Shown: positions 45,259-54,173 of the stretch, piece by piece
Layout of the letters: each line of letters opens with the position of its first letter
Numbering within the stretch: position 1 is the stretch's first letter
Assembly (NCBI GenBank): GCA_007375645.1
Contig: VMER01000001.1
Location: forward strand, 5,139-69,138
Direction of reading: 5' to 3'
DNA: 64,000 nt
From: Parcubacteria group bacterium LiPW_15
GTDB taxonomy: Bacteria > Patescibacteriota > Minisyncoccia > UBA6257 > 2-01-FULL-56-20
The notes under the pieces: model-generated
The model's database searches: none
What the model was told of the DNA's origin: nothing
Seen by the model: the letters and a program-made list of their open reading frames with translations, nothing else
Program-made: the position numbers and the translations under genes

Positions 45259-48093
45259 ATGATGAGGAATAAAACAAATGTTATCAGGATGGCCGGTTTG
45301 TTTTTCCTTGTCTTGGGAGTGGCTCTTGCGGCGCAAAGTTTTGCCATAACCGGTCCCAGCGCCGGTGCCGGAGTCGGCAGTGGTTTGATAGATGTTGAAC
45401 CCACGGGGACAGGCAATCTTAGCGTTGGCGCAACCGCCGCGGATACAAGTACAAAATTTCAAATTACCGGCACAACCGCCAATAGTAGCGCCTTTGGTTT
45501 GAAAGTTTGGCCCTCAAGCGGTTCGGTTAATTTTCAGGTCAGAAATGACGGCGTTGTCTCTATTACTTCAACCACCTATATCGGCGGCAGCATATGTTTC
45601 GGAGCCATCGGGGCCACCGACTGCGTGTCCTCTTGGAGCGGCGTTGGCGGGGGAGTGACTTCCACTCCGGCCGGATATGTGACCCCCGGATATTTTAATT
45701 CTATCGCGGGAACGGGCGGGAATTATAGTTTTCCGGCAGCGCTTTCTATCGGAACCTCCACTGCTCCGTCGGGCGGAGTTTTGTTCGTGAATGGCAATAT
45801 TGGAATAGGGACGGCAGCGCCTGGGGTAAAAGTAGAAATTTTCGGCACTGATAATGCTCTTAGATTAACTTACGACGCTACTCACTATGCTACCCTCGCT
45901 GCCGGAAATTCAGGTAAGCTCACGGCATCATTTTCCGGTTCGGGATCCACTGGCGGGTATCTGGATATAACCCAGGCTCATACCTACTACGGATTTTTAA
46001 TTCATAGCGGCGCAAGCTGGGGCGGACAGGGGTTGATCGGTACAAATAAAGATTTAGGGATCTCTACCGCAACAACCACTCAAGATATAGTTTTTTACGG
46101 TAATAATTTTAGCGCTAATGAATACGTGAGAATAAAGGGCACGGGTAATGTCGGTATTGCGACAACAACACCGGGAAGTAAGCTAACCGTTGCCGGAGCG
46201 ATCTATTCCTCCACCGGCGGTTTCAAATTCCCCGATGGTACTACCCAGACGACTGCCGCTGGCGCAGGGACAAGCTACTGGACCCTTTCCGGTACCGGTT
46301 TATATCCGACTTCTACCGCGTATCAAGTTGGCATCGGAACGACAGAGCCGCACTATCCGCTTGAGGTTTACGGAACCTCAAATAAATTAGGCATAACCTA
46401 TAGCTACAGCGCCTTGGCGGGAGACTCAACCGGCGGAGAACTGTACGCGAGTAGCAACGGGGACCTGCATATCAATGCTAAGAGAGCGACCACCCTTATT
46501 GAAAACAGAAATATTTTATTATCCGAGGCGGGGGGCAATGTTGGAATAGGCACTTCGACTCCCGGGAGCCCCCTGACTGTTGTAGGGGCAATTTATTCCT
46601 CCACCGGCGGTTTCAAGTTCCCCGACGGCACCACCCAGACGACTGCCGCAACCGGCGGCGGAGGGACCAACTACTTCACTCTTTCCGGGACCAGCCTTTA
46701 TCCTACGTCCACCGCATATGAATTGGCTGTCGGTACCGCATCGGTAGACACAAATTACGCTATCACTACAGCCGGAGGCGGCATAAAGGCGGAATCAACG
46801 AGCCAACCGGCTGGATATTTTAATTCTTCTTCCGGCTACGGTCTTATCGTGAATACCGGAAAAGTTGGAGTTGGAACAACTACGCCTGTCGGAATGTTCA
46901 CCGTAGCTACTTCTACCGGTGCCGGATTCTTCACCGTTCTTCCAAACGGGAATGTTGGAGTCGGAACCGCAAATCCAACTCAAAAGTTCCACGTAATTGG
47001 AGCTGCCTATGCGGATTCAAATATGCAATCTCCTACCGGGTACTTTAATGTTCTTCGCCCGCTAACCACCGGAGGAGATCTTAGGTTTTTGGATAGCACA
47101 AGCACCGAAAGGATGAGGCTGGCTTCCACCGGCAATCTTGGAGTTGGAACGTCAACGCCGAGTGCAAGATTGGATGTGATGGGAAACATACTCGCCGGAG
47201 ATCGAGCCTCAACCGCTGATGGTTATCTGGATTTTGGAAGTAATGGCGCCGGATCGGCTAGGATTGCTAGGACCGGAATGGGGGCAACCGATTCGTCTTT
47301 GGTATTATCCACCACTTGGGGCACTCTTCAAGAAAGGATGAGAATTACCGGGTTGGGCAAAGTTGGTATTGCCACCACAACTCCCGGCAGCCAGCTAACC
47401 GTTGCCGGCGAAATATATTCCGCGACCGGCGGCTTCAAGTTTCCGGATGGAACAACGCAGACGACGGCGGCGACCGGCGGCAGTGGAACTAATTATTTTA
47501 CTCTTTCCGGAACAAACCTGTATCCGACCTCTACCGCGTATAAAGTTGGCATAGCTACCACTACTCCCGGTTATCCGCTAACGGTGGATGGAACGTCTAT
47601 GTTTACCGGGACCATGACCATCGGTTTAACCGGTGCAGGCAAATTAAACGTCGGAACAGTTGACCCGCCGTATACGATAAACGGCATGCAATACGCGACT
47701 TATATGCCCGGTATGACCGGACAAAAAGAAGAAACTACCGGGGAAGTTAACGTTCGGTGCCAGTCAGACTCCAGGTGCGAATATGTTATTGATTTTAAGA
47801 GCGTCGAGAGGGGGAGCGATCTTTGGCTTTTTGCGAAGACGACCAACTTGAAGGCTCAGATGAATAAACTGACCGTGCTTCTGACGCCATCTTTCAACGG
47901 AAAAGTTTGGTATGAAAAAGACGCGAAAAATATGGTTTTGAAAATATTTGGCGTCCCCTCCAAAGCCTTGGCGAAGGAGGGCCGTTCCGATCTTTCCGTT
48001 TCGTATCGTCTTACCGCGCCTCGCTTTGATTCGGCGAATTGGCTAAATACCAGGAACGAGCCAGGTGTCAACGGTTTCGTAATTAACGACTAA
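45259..48093 (+). CDS. Large secreted repeat protein (fiber/adhesin-like)
   Basis: Signal peptide. Three copies of about 55-aa unit (L/K)LTVAGAIYSSTGGFKFPDGTTQTTAA.G..T.Y.TLSGT.LYPTSTAY at nt about 46195, 46584 and 47404. Many (N/K)VG(I/V)GT(T/S)TP short repeats. Gly/Thr/Ser-rich. Confidence 0.6.
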   Translation: MMRNKTNVIRMAGLFFLVLGVALAAQSFAITGPSAGAGVGSGLIDVEPTGTGNLSVGATAADTSTKFQITGTTANSSAFGLKVWPSSGSVNFQVRNDGVVSITSTTYIGGSICFGAIGATDCVSSWSGVGGGVTSTPAGYVTPGYFNSIAGTGGNYSFPAALSIGTSTAPSGGVLFVNGNIGIGTAAPGVKVEIFGTDNALRLTYDATHYATLAAGNSGKLTASFSGSGSTGGYLDITQAHTYYGFLIHSGASWGGQGLIGTNKDLGISTATTTQDIVFYGNNFSANEYVRIKGTGNVGIATTTPGSKLTVAGAIYSSTGGFKFPDGTTQTTAAGAGTSYWTLSGTGLYPTSTAYQVGIGTTEPHYPLEVYGTSNKLGITYSYSALAGDSTGGELYASSNGDLHINAKRATTLIENRNILLSEAGGNVGIGTSTPGSPLTVVGAIYSSTGGFKFPDGTTQTTAATGGGGTNYFTLSGTSLYPTSTAYELAVGTASVDTNYAITTAGGGIKAESTSQPAGYFNSSSGYGLIVNTGKVGVGTTTPVGMFTVATSTGAGFFTVLPNGNVGVGTANPTQKFHVIGAAYADSNMQSPTGYFNVLRPLTTGGDLRFLDSTSTERMRLASTGNLGVGTSTPSARLDVMGNILAGDRASTADGYLDFGSNGAGSARIARTGMGATDSSLVLSTTWGTLQERMRITGLGKVGIATTTPGSQLTVAGEIYSATGGFKFPDGTTQTTAATGGSGTNYFTLSGTNLYPTSTAYKVGIATTTPGYPLTVDGTSMFTGTMTIGLTGAGKLNVGTVDPPYTINGMQYATYMPGMTGQKEETTGEVNVRCQSDSRCEYVIDFKSVERGSDLWLFAKTTNLKAQMNKLTVLLTPSFNGKVWYEKDAKNMVLKIFGVPSKALAKEGRSDLSVSYRLTAPRFDSANWLNTRNEPGVNGFVIND

Positions 48094-48103
48094 ATAAAGA
48101 CGG

Positions 48104-50236
48104 ATGAACATTTCTCCGAAAATAAAAATAATTTTTGGTACAACGATCGTCTTGTTGGTCCTTGCCGGAATCGGAATTTATTCGGCAAAGATAAATAAGA
48201 ACGGAGGTTCGGAGGAAATAGTTTACGAAAGAGGGAAACCGGTGATTCCTCACGGGATCCAGACTTACGAGTTTCTGCAGTCTTCGCGCGTCAGTCCGCG
48301 CATTCGGTTTCTAACCGTTGATCCTCTGGACGCGAAACCCGGAGAAACACAAAAGTTTAGGGTTGCGGTTGAGGGAAGTTTGCCGGTTGTTTCCGTCACC
48401 TTGGATATAGAAGACGATGCCGGGATCTCAAGTCTTGCACTCAAGAAAGACTTGAGCGGGGAAATGCCGGCATCTAGATATTCGATCGGAAAGGACAACG
48501 ATCTTACTTTTATTCCACAGAAAGAGAATCCTTCTTCGACGATCTTTCATTGGGTCGGGGAAAGGGTTGTCAAAAACAAAAGTGATTCAAAGTTCTCTAT
48601 CGGCATTACCGCGAAAGAATCGATTCCTCTTAAAGATGTGGCCGGCAATCGGCTGCCCAAGACGCCCGCAGCCGGTAATTTTGTGCGCATTGGGGTTGCA
48701 AACCTGGAGTGGAATAAAGTCTGTGGGATACCTTTCGGGGGCGATTGGAGTTCTTCCGAATCTTGTGCGGTTTCATTTCCGGACGGGGTAGATGAAGGGA
48801 GCGCTCATATCCAGAACTATTCCACTGTTGTCTTGGACGCAGATTTCGGAGTGAACGCAGATAAGACAATTATCTTTCAACCGATCGGGATAGTCGCCGT
48901 GAACACCAAGGCGAAGATAGTTCAGGGCAATATTTGGAAATTAAAATTAGACTCGGATGGGACGAAAGAGGTGATCTCGACGAATTCTCCGGGTTCCAGT
49001 TACAAGAGACGTTTTGAGTTCAAGGGAGGCTTTAAAACGGCATTTACGGATATAAATAATAAAAAGAAGGAGTTTGTGCTATCCCAGGGGCGGCAAGTGT
49101 TCCAAATAGCTTCCGCAGCCAAGACTGGGCCGAAAATAATTCAGGCGGATATAAATCCCTTGGACGTCAAAGTCGGCGACACCCAAAAATTATCTTTGGT
49201 TATACAGAGTCAGATCGAGATAGCTTCTGTCGTTGCGAGGATAGAAACCGACAAAGAAATCATTGAGCTTCCGCTTTCTTTGGATGGCCCAACTCCAAAA
49301 GCCAGTCTGCTCGAACCGAGATACGGCGTCGATGCCCATGGTTATCTGGCGTTTTTGAACAAAATTGATAACACCGGTTCAAATTCAAAATACGCCGTTC
49401 CGGGTGTTAAATCCGCCGAAGCCGCTTTGGAACCGAAAAGGTTTACATATAGTGGCTCTTGGATTGTGAGGGACACGCACTCCACTAAATATCATACAAG
49501 CTTTGTCGTAAAAGATATTAACGGGGCCGATAATTCTATTTTGATGGCCTGGTCCGATCCGTGCGGGACATTTGCGGGCGGGAATAGGGCGCTCAATACG
49601 TGTTCGTTTAGCGATGTGGATGGCGCGGATAATGGAAATCTCACCATAAATACTTCTCAGACAGTAACTCTGCAAAACGGCGCCACCTTGGCTTTCAATT
49701 CCGGAAGAACTCTAACGGTAAATGGAGCGATAGCTATTGCGGCCGGTGCTCAAATAACCCAAACCAATCTTTGGCTCATGGATATAGATGGCGATCTTTA
49801 TACTCCTTCCCTCACCCTTGCGGCTGCGGCGACGGCGCCGGCCAATAGCGGCAGGGCATACACTCGTTATACCTCTCCTTTGGATTGTTACGATCTGAAT
49901 AGCAGCGCTTTTCCAGATTCTAGTACTTGGAGCGATCGGGATCGCGGAGATTATTCTTTCGATTTTAATTGTGACGGCAACGATACTCCGGCTTTGGAGA
50001 GTGACGGCATTTCTTATCAAAATTGCAGAACCACAATACAGTATCCATTTTGTGCCGCGAATGCGTTCTCGGTTACCAATTGGTGTTCCGAGGGAATTAC
50101 TAACGGCGGGATTTGCACTAACGACAGGGTGGGTTGCGGCGAAGTCGGAAACATGGTCGTTTTAAATCAAGGGTATGCTGTTTGCGACGGCAGTTGTTCC
50201 GCCCAGGTCTTAGAGGTATATCAATCCTGTAATTAA
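48104..50236 (+). CDS. Large secreted protein with Cys-rich C-terminus
   Basis: N-terminal TM/signal anchor, 710 aa. The last about 150 aa contain more than 15 Cys (CYDLNSSAF...CDGNDTP...CRTTIQYPFCAANAF...CSEGITNGGICTND...CGEVG...CDGSCSAQ). Confidence 0.55.
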   Translation: MNISPKIKIIFGTTIVLLVLAGIGIYSAKINKNGGSEEIVYERGKPVIPHGIQTYEFLQSSRVSPRIRFLTVDPLDAKPGETQKFRVAVEGSLPVVSVTLDIEDDAGISSLALKKDLSGEMPASRYSIGKDNDLTFIPQKENPSSTIFHWVGERVVKNKSDSKFSIGITAKESIPLKDVAGNRLPKTPAAGNFVRIGVANLEWNKVCGIPFGGDWSSSESCAVSFPDGVDEGSAHIQNYSTVVLDADFGVNADKTIIFQPIGIVAVNTKAKIVQGNIWKLKLDSDGTKEVISTNSPGSSYKRRFEFKGGFKTAFTDINNKKKEFVLSQGRQVFQIASAAKTGPKIIQADINPLDVKVGDTQKLSLVIQSQIEIASVVARIETDKEIIELPLSLDGPTPKASLLEPRYGVDAHGYLAFLNKIDNTGSNSKYAVPGVKSAEAALEPKRFTYSGSWIVRDTHSTKYHTSFVVKDINGADNSILMAWSDPCGTFAGGNRALNTCSFSDVDGADNGNLTINTSQTVTLQNGATLAFNSGRTLTVNGAIAIAAGAQITQTNLWLMDIDGDLYTPSLTLAAAATAPANSGRAYTRYTSPLDCYDLNSSAFPDSSTWSDRDRGDYSFDFNCDGNDTPALESDGISYQNCRTTIQYPFCAANAFSVTNWCSEGITNGGICTNDRVGCGEVGNMVVLNQGYAVCDGSCSAQVLEVYQSCN

Positions 50237-50269
50237 AAAATAAGCGCGATAAATGAGACAACTAAAAAA

Positions 50270-50290
50270 GCCCCTCTTCCCTGGAGGGGC
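50270..50290. terminator. Bidirectional terminator hairpin
   Basis: gcccctc-ttccct-ggaggggc preceded by AAAAAA (a T-run on the minus strand), serving the minus gene 50308..50649. Confidence 0.6.
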
Positions 50291-50307
50291 TCTGTCTTTC
50301 GTTCGGG

Positions 50308-50649
50308 CTATTTGATCTTTGAGCCTCCCGTCAGCGTCTCGACATCTCCGATGTGTATTTCGGTGAATATTCTCGCTTCTATTCCTCCGTTGCCGTTATG
50401 ATCTTGCGTCGGAACGACCGCTTCAATGTGCCTCGCCTCACTGGCCGTCATGGGAAGCAGTCCGACCTTTCCCACCGTGGCAATCGCGATAGTCTGGACA
50501 TCGTCACGTACGACAATGAGGAACTCATTGCCTGGTTTCAGGGAGAAATCTCCGGCTACGAAAAGAATATTCCATACTCCGTGCAGGATGTCGTAGCCGA
50601 GGCGGACAGATTCTCCCTCGAATTGCACTGCGAGTTTGAAAACGCTCAT
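50308..50649 (-). CDS. Hypothetical protein
   Basis: 113 aa lone minus-strand ORF between two plus-strand blocks. Has its own terminator. No motif. Confidence 0.45.
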   Translation of the reverse strand: MSVFKLAVQFEGESVRLGYDILHGVWNILFVAGDFSLKPGNEFLIVVRDDVQTIAIATVGKVGLLPMTASEARHIEAVVPTQDHNGNGGIEARIFTEIHIGDVETLTGGSKIK

Positions 50650-50751
50650 CTCGCCCTCCTTTGATGTGCCAATAATATTATGCTCCAGATCTCTTTTTGC
50701 GGAAAGCTGGGCGCTGGATTAATCAGCCCTTTTTGTGATAAATTAAGCCTA

Positions 50752-51990
50752 ATGCTTCAATCTAAATTGTTTACGAAGACATTAAGGGAGGCGCCCAAAG
50801 ATGAGGAGGCGTTGAACGCAAAGTTGCTTTTAAGGGCCGGTTTTGTAGACAAACTGATGGCCGGAGTTTATACCTTTTTGCCGTTGGGTCTTAGGGTGCT
50901 TAACAAGATCGAAACGGTTATTCGCGAGGAGATGAACGCGATCGGCGGTCAGGAGGTTTTGATGCCTGCGCTTCAGCCCAAAGAAAACTGGGAGGCGACC
51001 GGACGTTGGAATTCTTTTGAGGCGTTGTATAAAACCACTTCGCGTTTCGGCGGAGAGTATGCTCTCGGTCCGACTCATGAAGAAATAATAGTTCCGCTTG
51101 GAAAGAAATTTATTTTTTCTTACAAAGACCTTCCTTTCGCCGCGTACCAAATACAGACCAAGTTTAGGGATGAAAAGAGACCCAAGGGGGGACTTCTCCG
51201 CGGCCGGGAATTCAAAATGAAAGATCTCTACAGCTTTCATACCGATCCTGAGGATCTTTTAAAATATTATGCGAAAGCTCTCGCGGCCTATAAAAAGATA
51301 TTCAAGCGTTTGGGGCTTAAAGCCTTGGTGGTTGAGGCTTCGGGAGGCACTTTCTCCAAATACTCCCACGAATTTCAGGTGTTATCGCCGGGCGGCGAAG
51401 ATCTAATTTATGTTTGTTCCAAGTGCGATTTCGCGAAAAATAAGGAGATAGTGGACGAAGCTTTCGTGAGGGCGGCGGAGGCCGGTAAAGGTTCCTGCCC
51501 GAATTGTGGCGGAAAAGTCACTGCCGAAAACGGCATAGAAGTCGGGAATATTTTCCAGTTAAATACCAAATATTCCGATCCGTTCGCCCTCAAATACAAA
51601 GACGAGAAAGGAGAAGAAAAAATCGTTTACATGGGTTGCTACGGCATTGGCGTGAGCAGACTTTTGGGTACGATAGCGGAGATCTATAACGACGAGAAGG
51701 GTCTCGTTTGGCCAAAACCGGTGGCGCCATTCGCCGTGCATCTTTTGGAATTGAATGGTGCTTCCGCGAAAAAGATTTATGCCGAACTTACAAAAGCCGG
51801 AATAGAAGTTCTTTATGACGACAGGAAGATCTCGGCGGGCGCGAAGCTCAATGACTCCGACCTTCTCGGTATACCGTATCGAATTATTGTGAGCCCAAAG
51901 ACCGGAGCAAGGGTGGAATTCAAGGAAAGATCCAAAAAGACCGCCAAGCTTGTTAATCCCAAGCAATTGGTTAAACTGGTAAGACCTTAA
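50752..51990 (+). CDS. proS: Prolyl-tRNA synthetase (archaeal/short type, no editing domain)
   Basis: Class II motifs. LREAPKDEEALNAKLLLRAGFV N-terminus, zinc knuckle CSKCDF...CPNCGG, C-terminal anticodon-binding domain. Start at ATG 50752. Confidence 0.85.
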   Translation: MLQSKLFTKTLREAPKDEEALNAKLLLRAGFVDKLMAGVYTFLPLGLRVLNKIETVIREEMNAIGGQEVLMPALQPKENWEATGRWNSFEALYKTTSRFGGEYALGPTHEEIIVPLGKKFIFSYKDLPFAAYQIQTKFRDEKRPKGGLLRGREFKMKDLYSFHTDPEDLLKYYAKALAAYKKIFKRLGLKALVVEASGGTFSKYSHEFQVLSPGGEDLIYVCSKCDFAKNKEIVDEAFVRAAEAGKGSCPNCGGKVTAENGIEVGNIFQLNTKYSDPFALKYKDEKGEEKIVYMGCYGIGVSRLLGTIAEIYNDEKGLVWPKPVAPFAVHLLELNGASAKKIYAELTKAGIEVLYDDRKISAGAKLNDSDLLGIPYRIIVSPKTGARVEFKERSKKTAKLVNPKQLVKLVRP

Positions 51991-51992
51991 CT

Positions 51993-53039
51993 ATGGCAAT
52001 AACGGACGCGTTCTTAAAAGACATCGGAGTGGACCTCGGAACGGCTAATTCTTTGGTTTATTTGAAGCAGGGCGGAATTGTGGTTAACGAGCCGTCTATC
52101 GCGGCCATAAACCTCAAAACCAACCAAATTTTGGCCGTGGGCGACGAGGCTAAACGCATGCTTGGCCGAACCCCCGCGCATATCAATGTGGTGCGCCCTT
52201 TGGTTGGCGGAGTTATTTCCGACTTTGATATGGCTCAGGAACTTTTGCGGCAATTTCTCAAAAAGATTTCTAAAGGGCATTTTTTCAGTTTTCGCCGGGC
52301 GCTCTTGGGAATCCCGAACGACCTGACCGAGGTGGAAAGAAAATCCGTGGAAGACGCGGCGCTTAACGCCGGCGCGACGCGAGTTCATTTGGTGGAGTCT
52401 CCGGTTGCCGCGGCTTTGGGGGCAAATCTTCCGATAGACACTCCGACCGCGAGCTTGATAATAGATATCGGCGGCGGTACGACCGATATCGCCGTTATTT
52501 CCATGGGCGGAACCGTTGTTTCAAAGACCCTTAAGATCGCCGGAGACAGATTTAACGAGGATATAATCCGCTTTGTTCGCGATGAGTACAAACTAGCGAT
52601 AGGAGAAGCCACCGCGGAAATGGCCAAGATCGCCGTAGGCTCGGCGGTTCCCTTGGATGAGAGGTTGGAGATCGCCATCCGCGGTCGAGATCTGGCAACC
52701 GGATTACCGCGCGAGGTAATCTTGAAAAATAACCATGTTCGCGCCGCGCTCGCCAAATCTTTACGCTCCATGCTTGACGCTATTCGCGAAGTGATAGAGC
52801 TAACCCCTCCGGAGCTTGCCGGAGATATGTTGAAGCAGGGAATTTATCTCTGTGGCGGCGGCGCGCTTCTCCGGGGCTTGGATGAACTCATAGAAAGAGA
52901 GACGCAGGTTGAAACCCATGTGGTGGACGAACCCTTGACCTGTTTAGCTCGGGGCTTAGGCATGATGGTGGATAATTTCGAGCGCTACGGAGAATTATTG
53001 GATAATCCTCTGAAGCCTCTGAATATCACGCTCTCATAA
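51993..53039 (+). CDS. mreB: Rod shape-determining protein MreB
   Basis: IGVDLGTANSLVY, DIGGGTTDIAVIS and actin-fold blocks. Confidence 0.9.
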   Translation: MAITDAFLKDIGVDLGTANSLVYLKQGGIVVNEPSIAAINLKTNQILAVGDEAKRMLGRTPAHINVVRPLVGGVISDFDMAQELLRQFLKKISKGHFFSFRRALLGIPNDLTEVERKSVEDAALNAGATRVHLVESPVAAALGANLPIDTPTASLIIDIGGGTTDIAVISMGGTVVSKTLKIAGDRFNEDIIRFVRDEYKLAIGEATAEMAKIAVGSAVPLDERLEIAIRGRDLATGLPREVILKNNHVRAALAKSLRSMLDAIREVIELTPPELAGDMLKQGIYLCGGGALLRGLDELIERETQVETHVVDEPLTCLARGLGMMVDNFERYGELLDNPLKPLNITLS

Positions 53040-53068
53040 AGATATTTAGCAATTCAAAATTCAGGACC

Positions 53069-53704
53069 ATGACCGGAGAAAAAGTTATACTTTTGGGTTT
53101 GGCGCTCGTATTTGTCGGTTTGTTGTTTTTACCACCCTCTGTTTTCCAGGGAGTTGCGCACGTGTTTAACTTCGGCTTCAGGAGCGCGGAAAATATACCT
53201 ACCGAAAATATATCCGTGCTTCAGGTATCGGTTCATCCCTATGCCGAAAAGAACATGCTGGTCGCGGATGTTTATTCCAGGTACCCTTTTAATTTCAAAA
53301 ATGAACTTTTAGCTGACGCCGGGGCGAGCGATAACGTTAAAAACGGAGGCGCGGCGATTTTCGACGGGGTATTGATCGGTAAAATAATCGAGGTAAAAGA
53401 TAGAACGGCGGTCATTCAGACGGTTTTTGACCCGAGTTTCAGTCTCCCCGTGAGGATAGGCAAAAGCAAGACCGATGCCCTTCTGATCGGCGGGGTGGAA
53501 CCGAGACTCACAATGATACCCAAGAACGCGGATATTGCTCCGGGGGATCTGGTCTATTCCGCATCGGCAAATTTTGAATACGGGCTTCTCGTCGGAACCG
53601 CCGGCACTCCGACCATTTCTGGGACAAATGTTTTTTCCGAAGCGCCATTGATACTCGGCTATAATCCCTTGGATATTCGCTATCTTTCCCTGGAGTCAAA
53701 ATGA
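53069..53704 (+). CDS. mreC: Rod shape-determining protein MreC (short)
   Basis: N-terminal TM, beta-rich periplasmic domain with GDLVYSA...GLLVG pattern. Synteny after mreB. Confidence 0.55.
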   Translation: MTGEKVILLGLALVFVGLLFLPPSVFQGVAHVFNFGFRSAENIPTENISVLQVSVHPYAEKNMLVADVYSRYPFNFKNELLADAGASDNVKNGGAAIFDGVLIGKIIEVKDRTAVIQTVFDPSFSLPVRIGKSKTDALLIGGVEPRLTMIPKNADIAPGDLVYSASANFEYGLLVGTAGTPTISGTNVFSEAPLILGYNPLDIRYLSLESK

Positions 53705-53705
53705 A

Positions 53706-54173
53706 ATGGAAAACCGATATACAAAAATTATTCTTGCGGTCCTTTCCCTGATTCTCGCGCTCGGTTTCGAGCTTAAATTTCTGGCGTCGCTTGGGTGGTC
53801 ATTCGATCTTTTTTTGTTGGCTGTAATTATCCCGGCATTTTTTTTGGACACGGCCGAATTTATTTTTTTTGGAGTTTTTGCCACCTTTCTCTCGAGGCTT
53901 ATCTATCCTTTCGATTCCGGCGGGATATTCGCCTTAATGGCACTCCCACTCGTTATATTCGCCCTCAAGAGGATTCTCCTCTGGCAGTCCTGGTTCGAAC
54001 CTCTTTTGGCGACGGCGCTCGGAATCCTAGGCTTCTACGCGCTGGTGGGCGCTCCTATTCTTGCGAACGGTTTCGGCTTTTTGGCGATGGATATCGCTGT
54101 GTCTTTCGCTTTTGCCTGGGGACTGTACGCACTTTTCGGCAGATTCACAAACAATGGAAGACAAAGACTATAA
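53706..54173 (+). CDS. mreD: Rod shape-determining protein MreD-like membrane protein
   Basis: Five-TM 155 aa protein in the mreB-mreC-X-pbp2 position. Confidence 0.45.
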   Translation: MENRYTKIILAVLSLILALGFELKFLASLGWSFDLFLLAVIIPAFFLDTAEFIFFGVFATFLSRLIYPFDSGGIFALMALPLVIFALKRILLWQSWFEPLLATALGILGFYALVGAPILANGFGFLAMDIAVSFAFAWGLYALFGRFTNNGRQRL

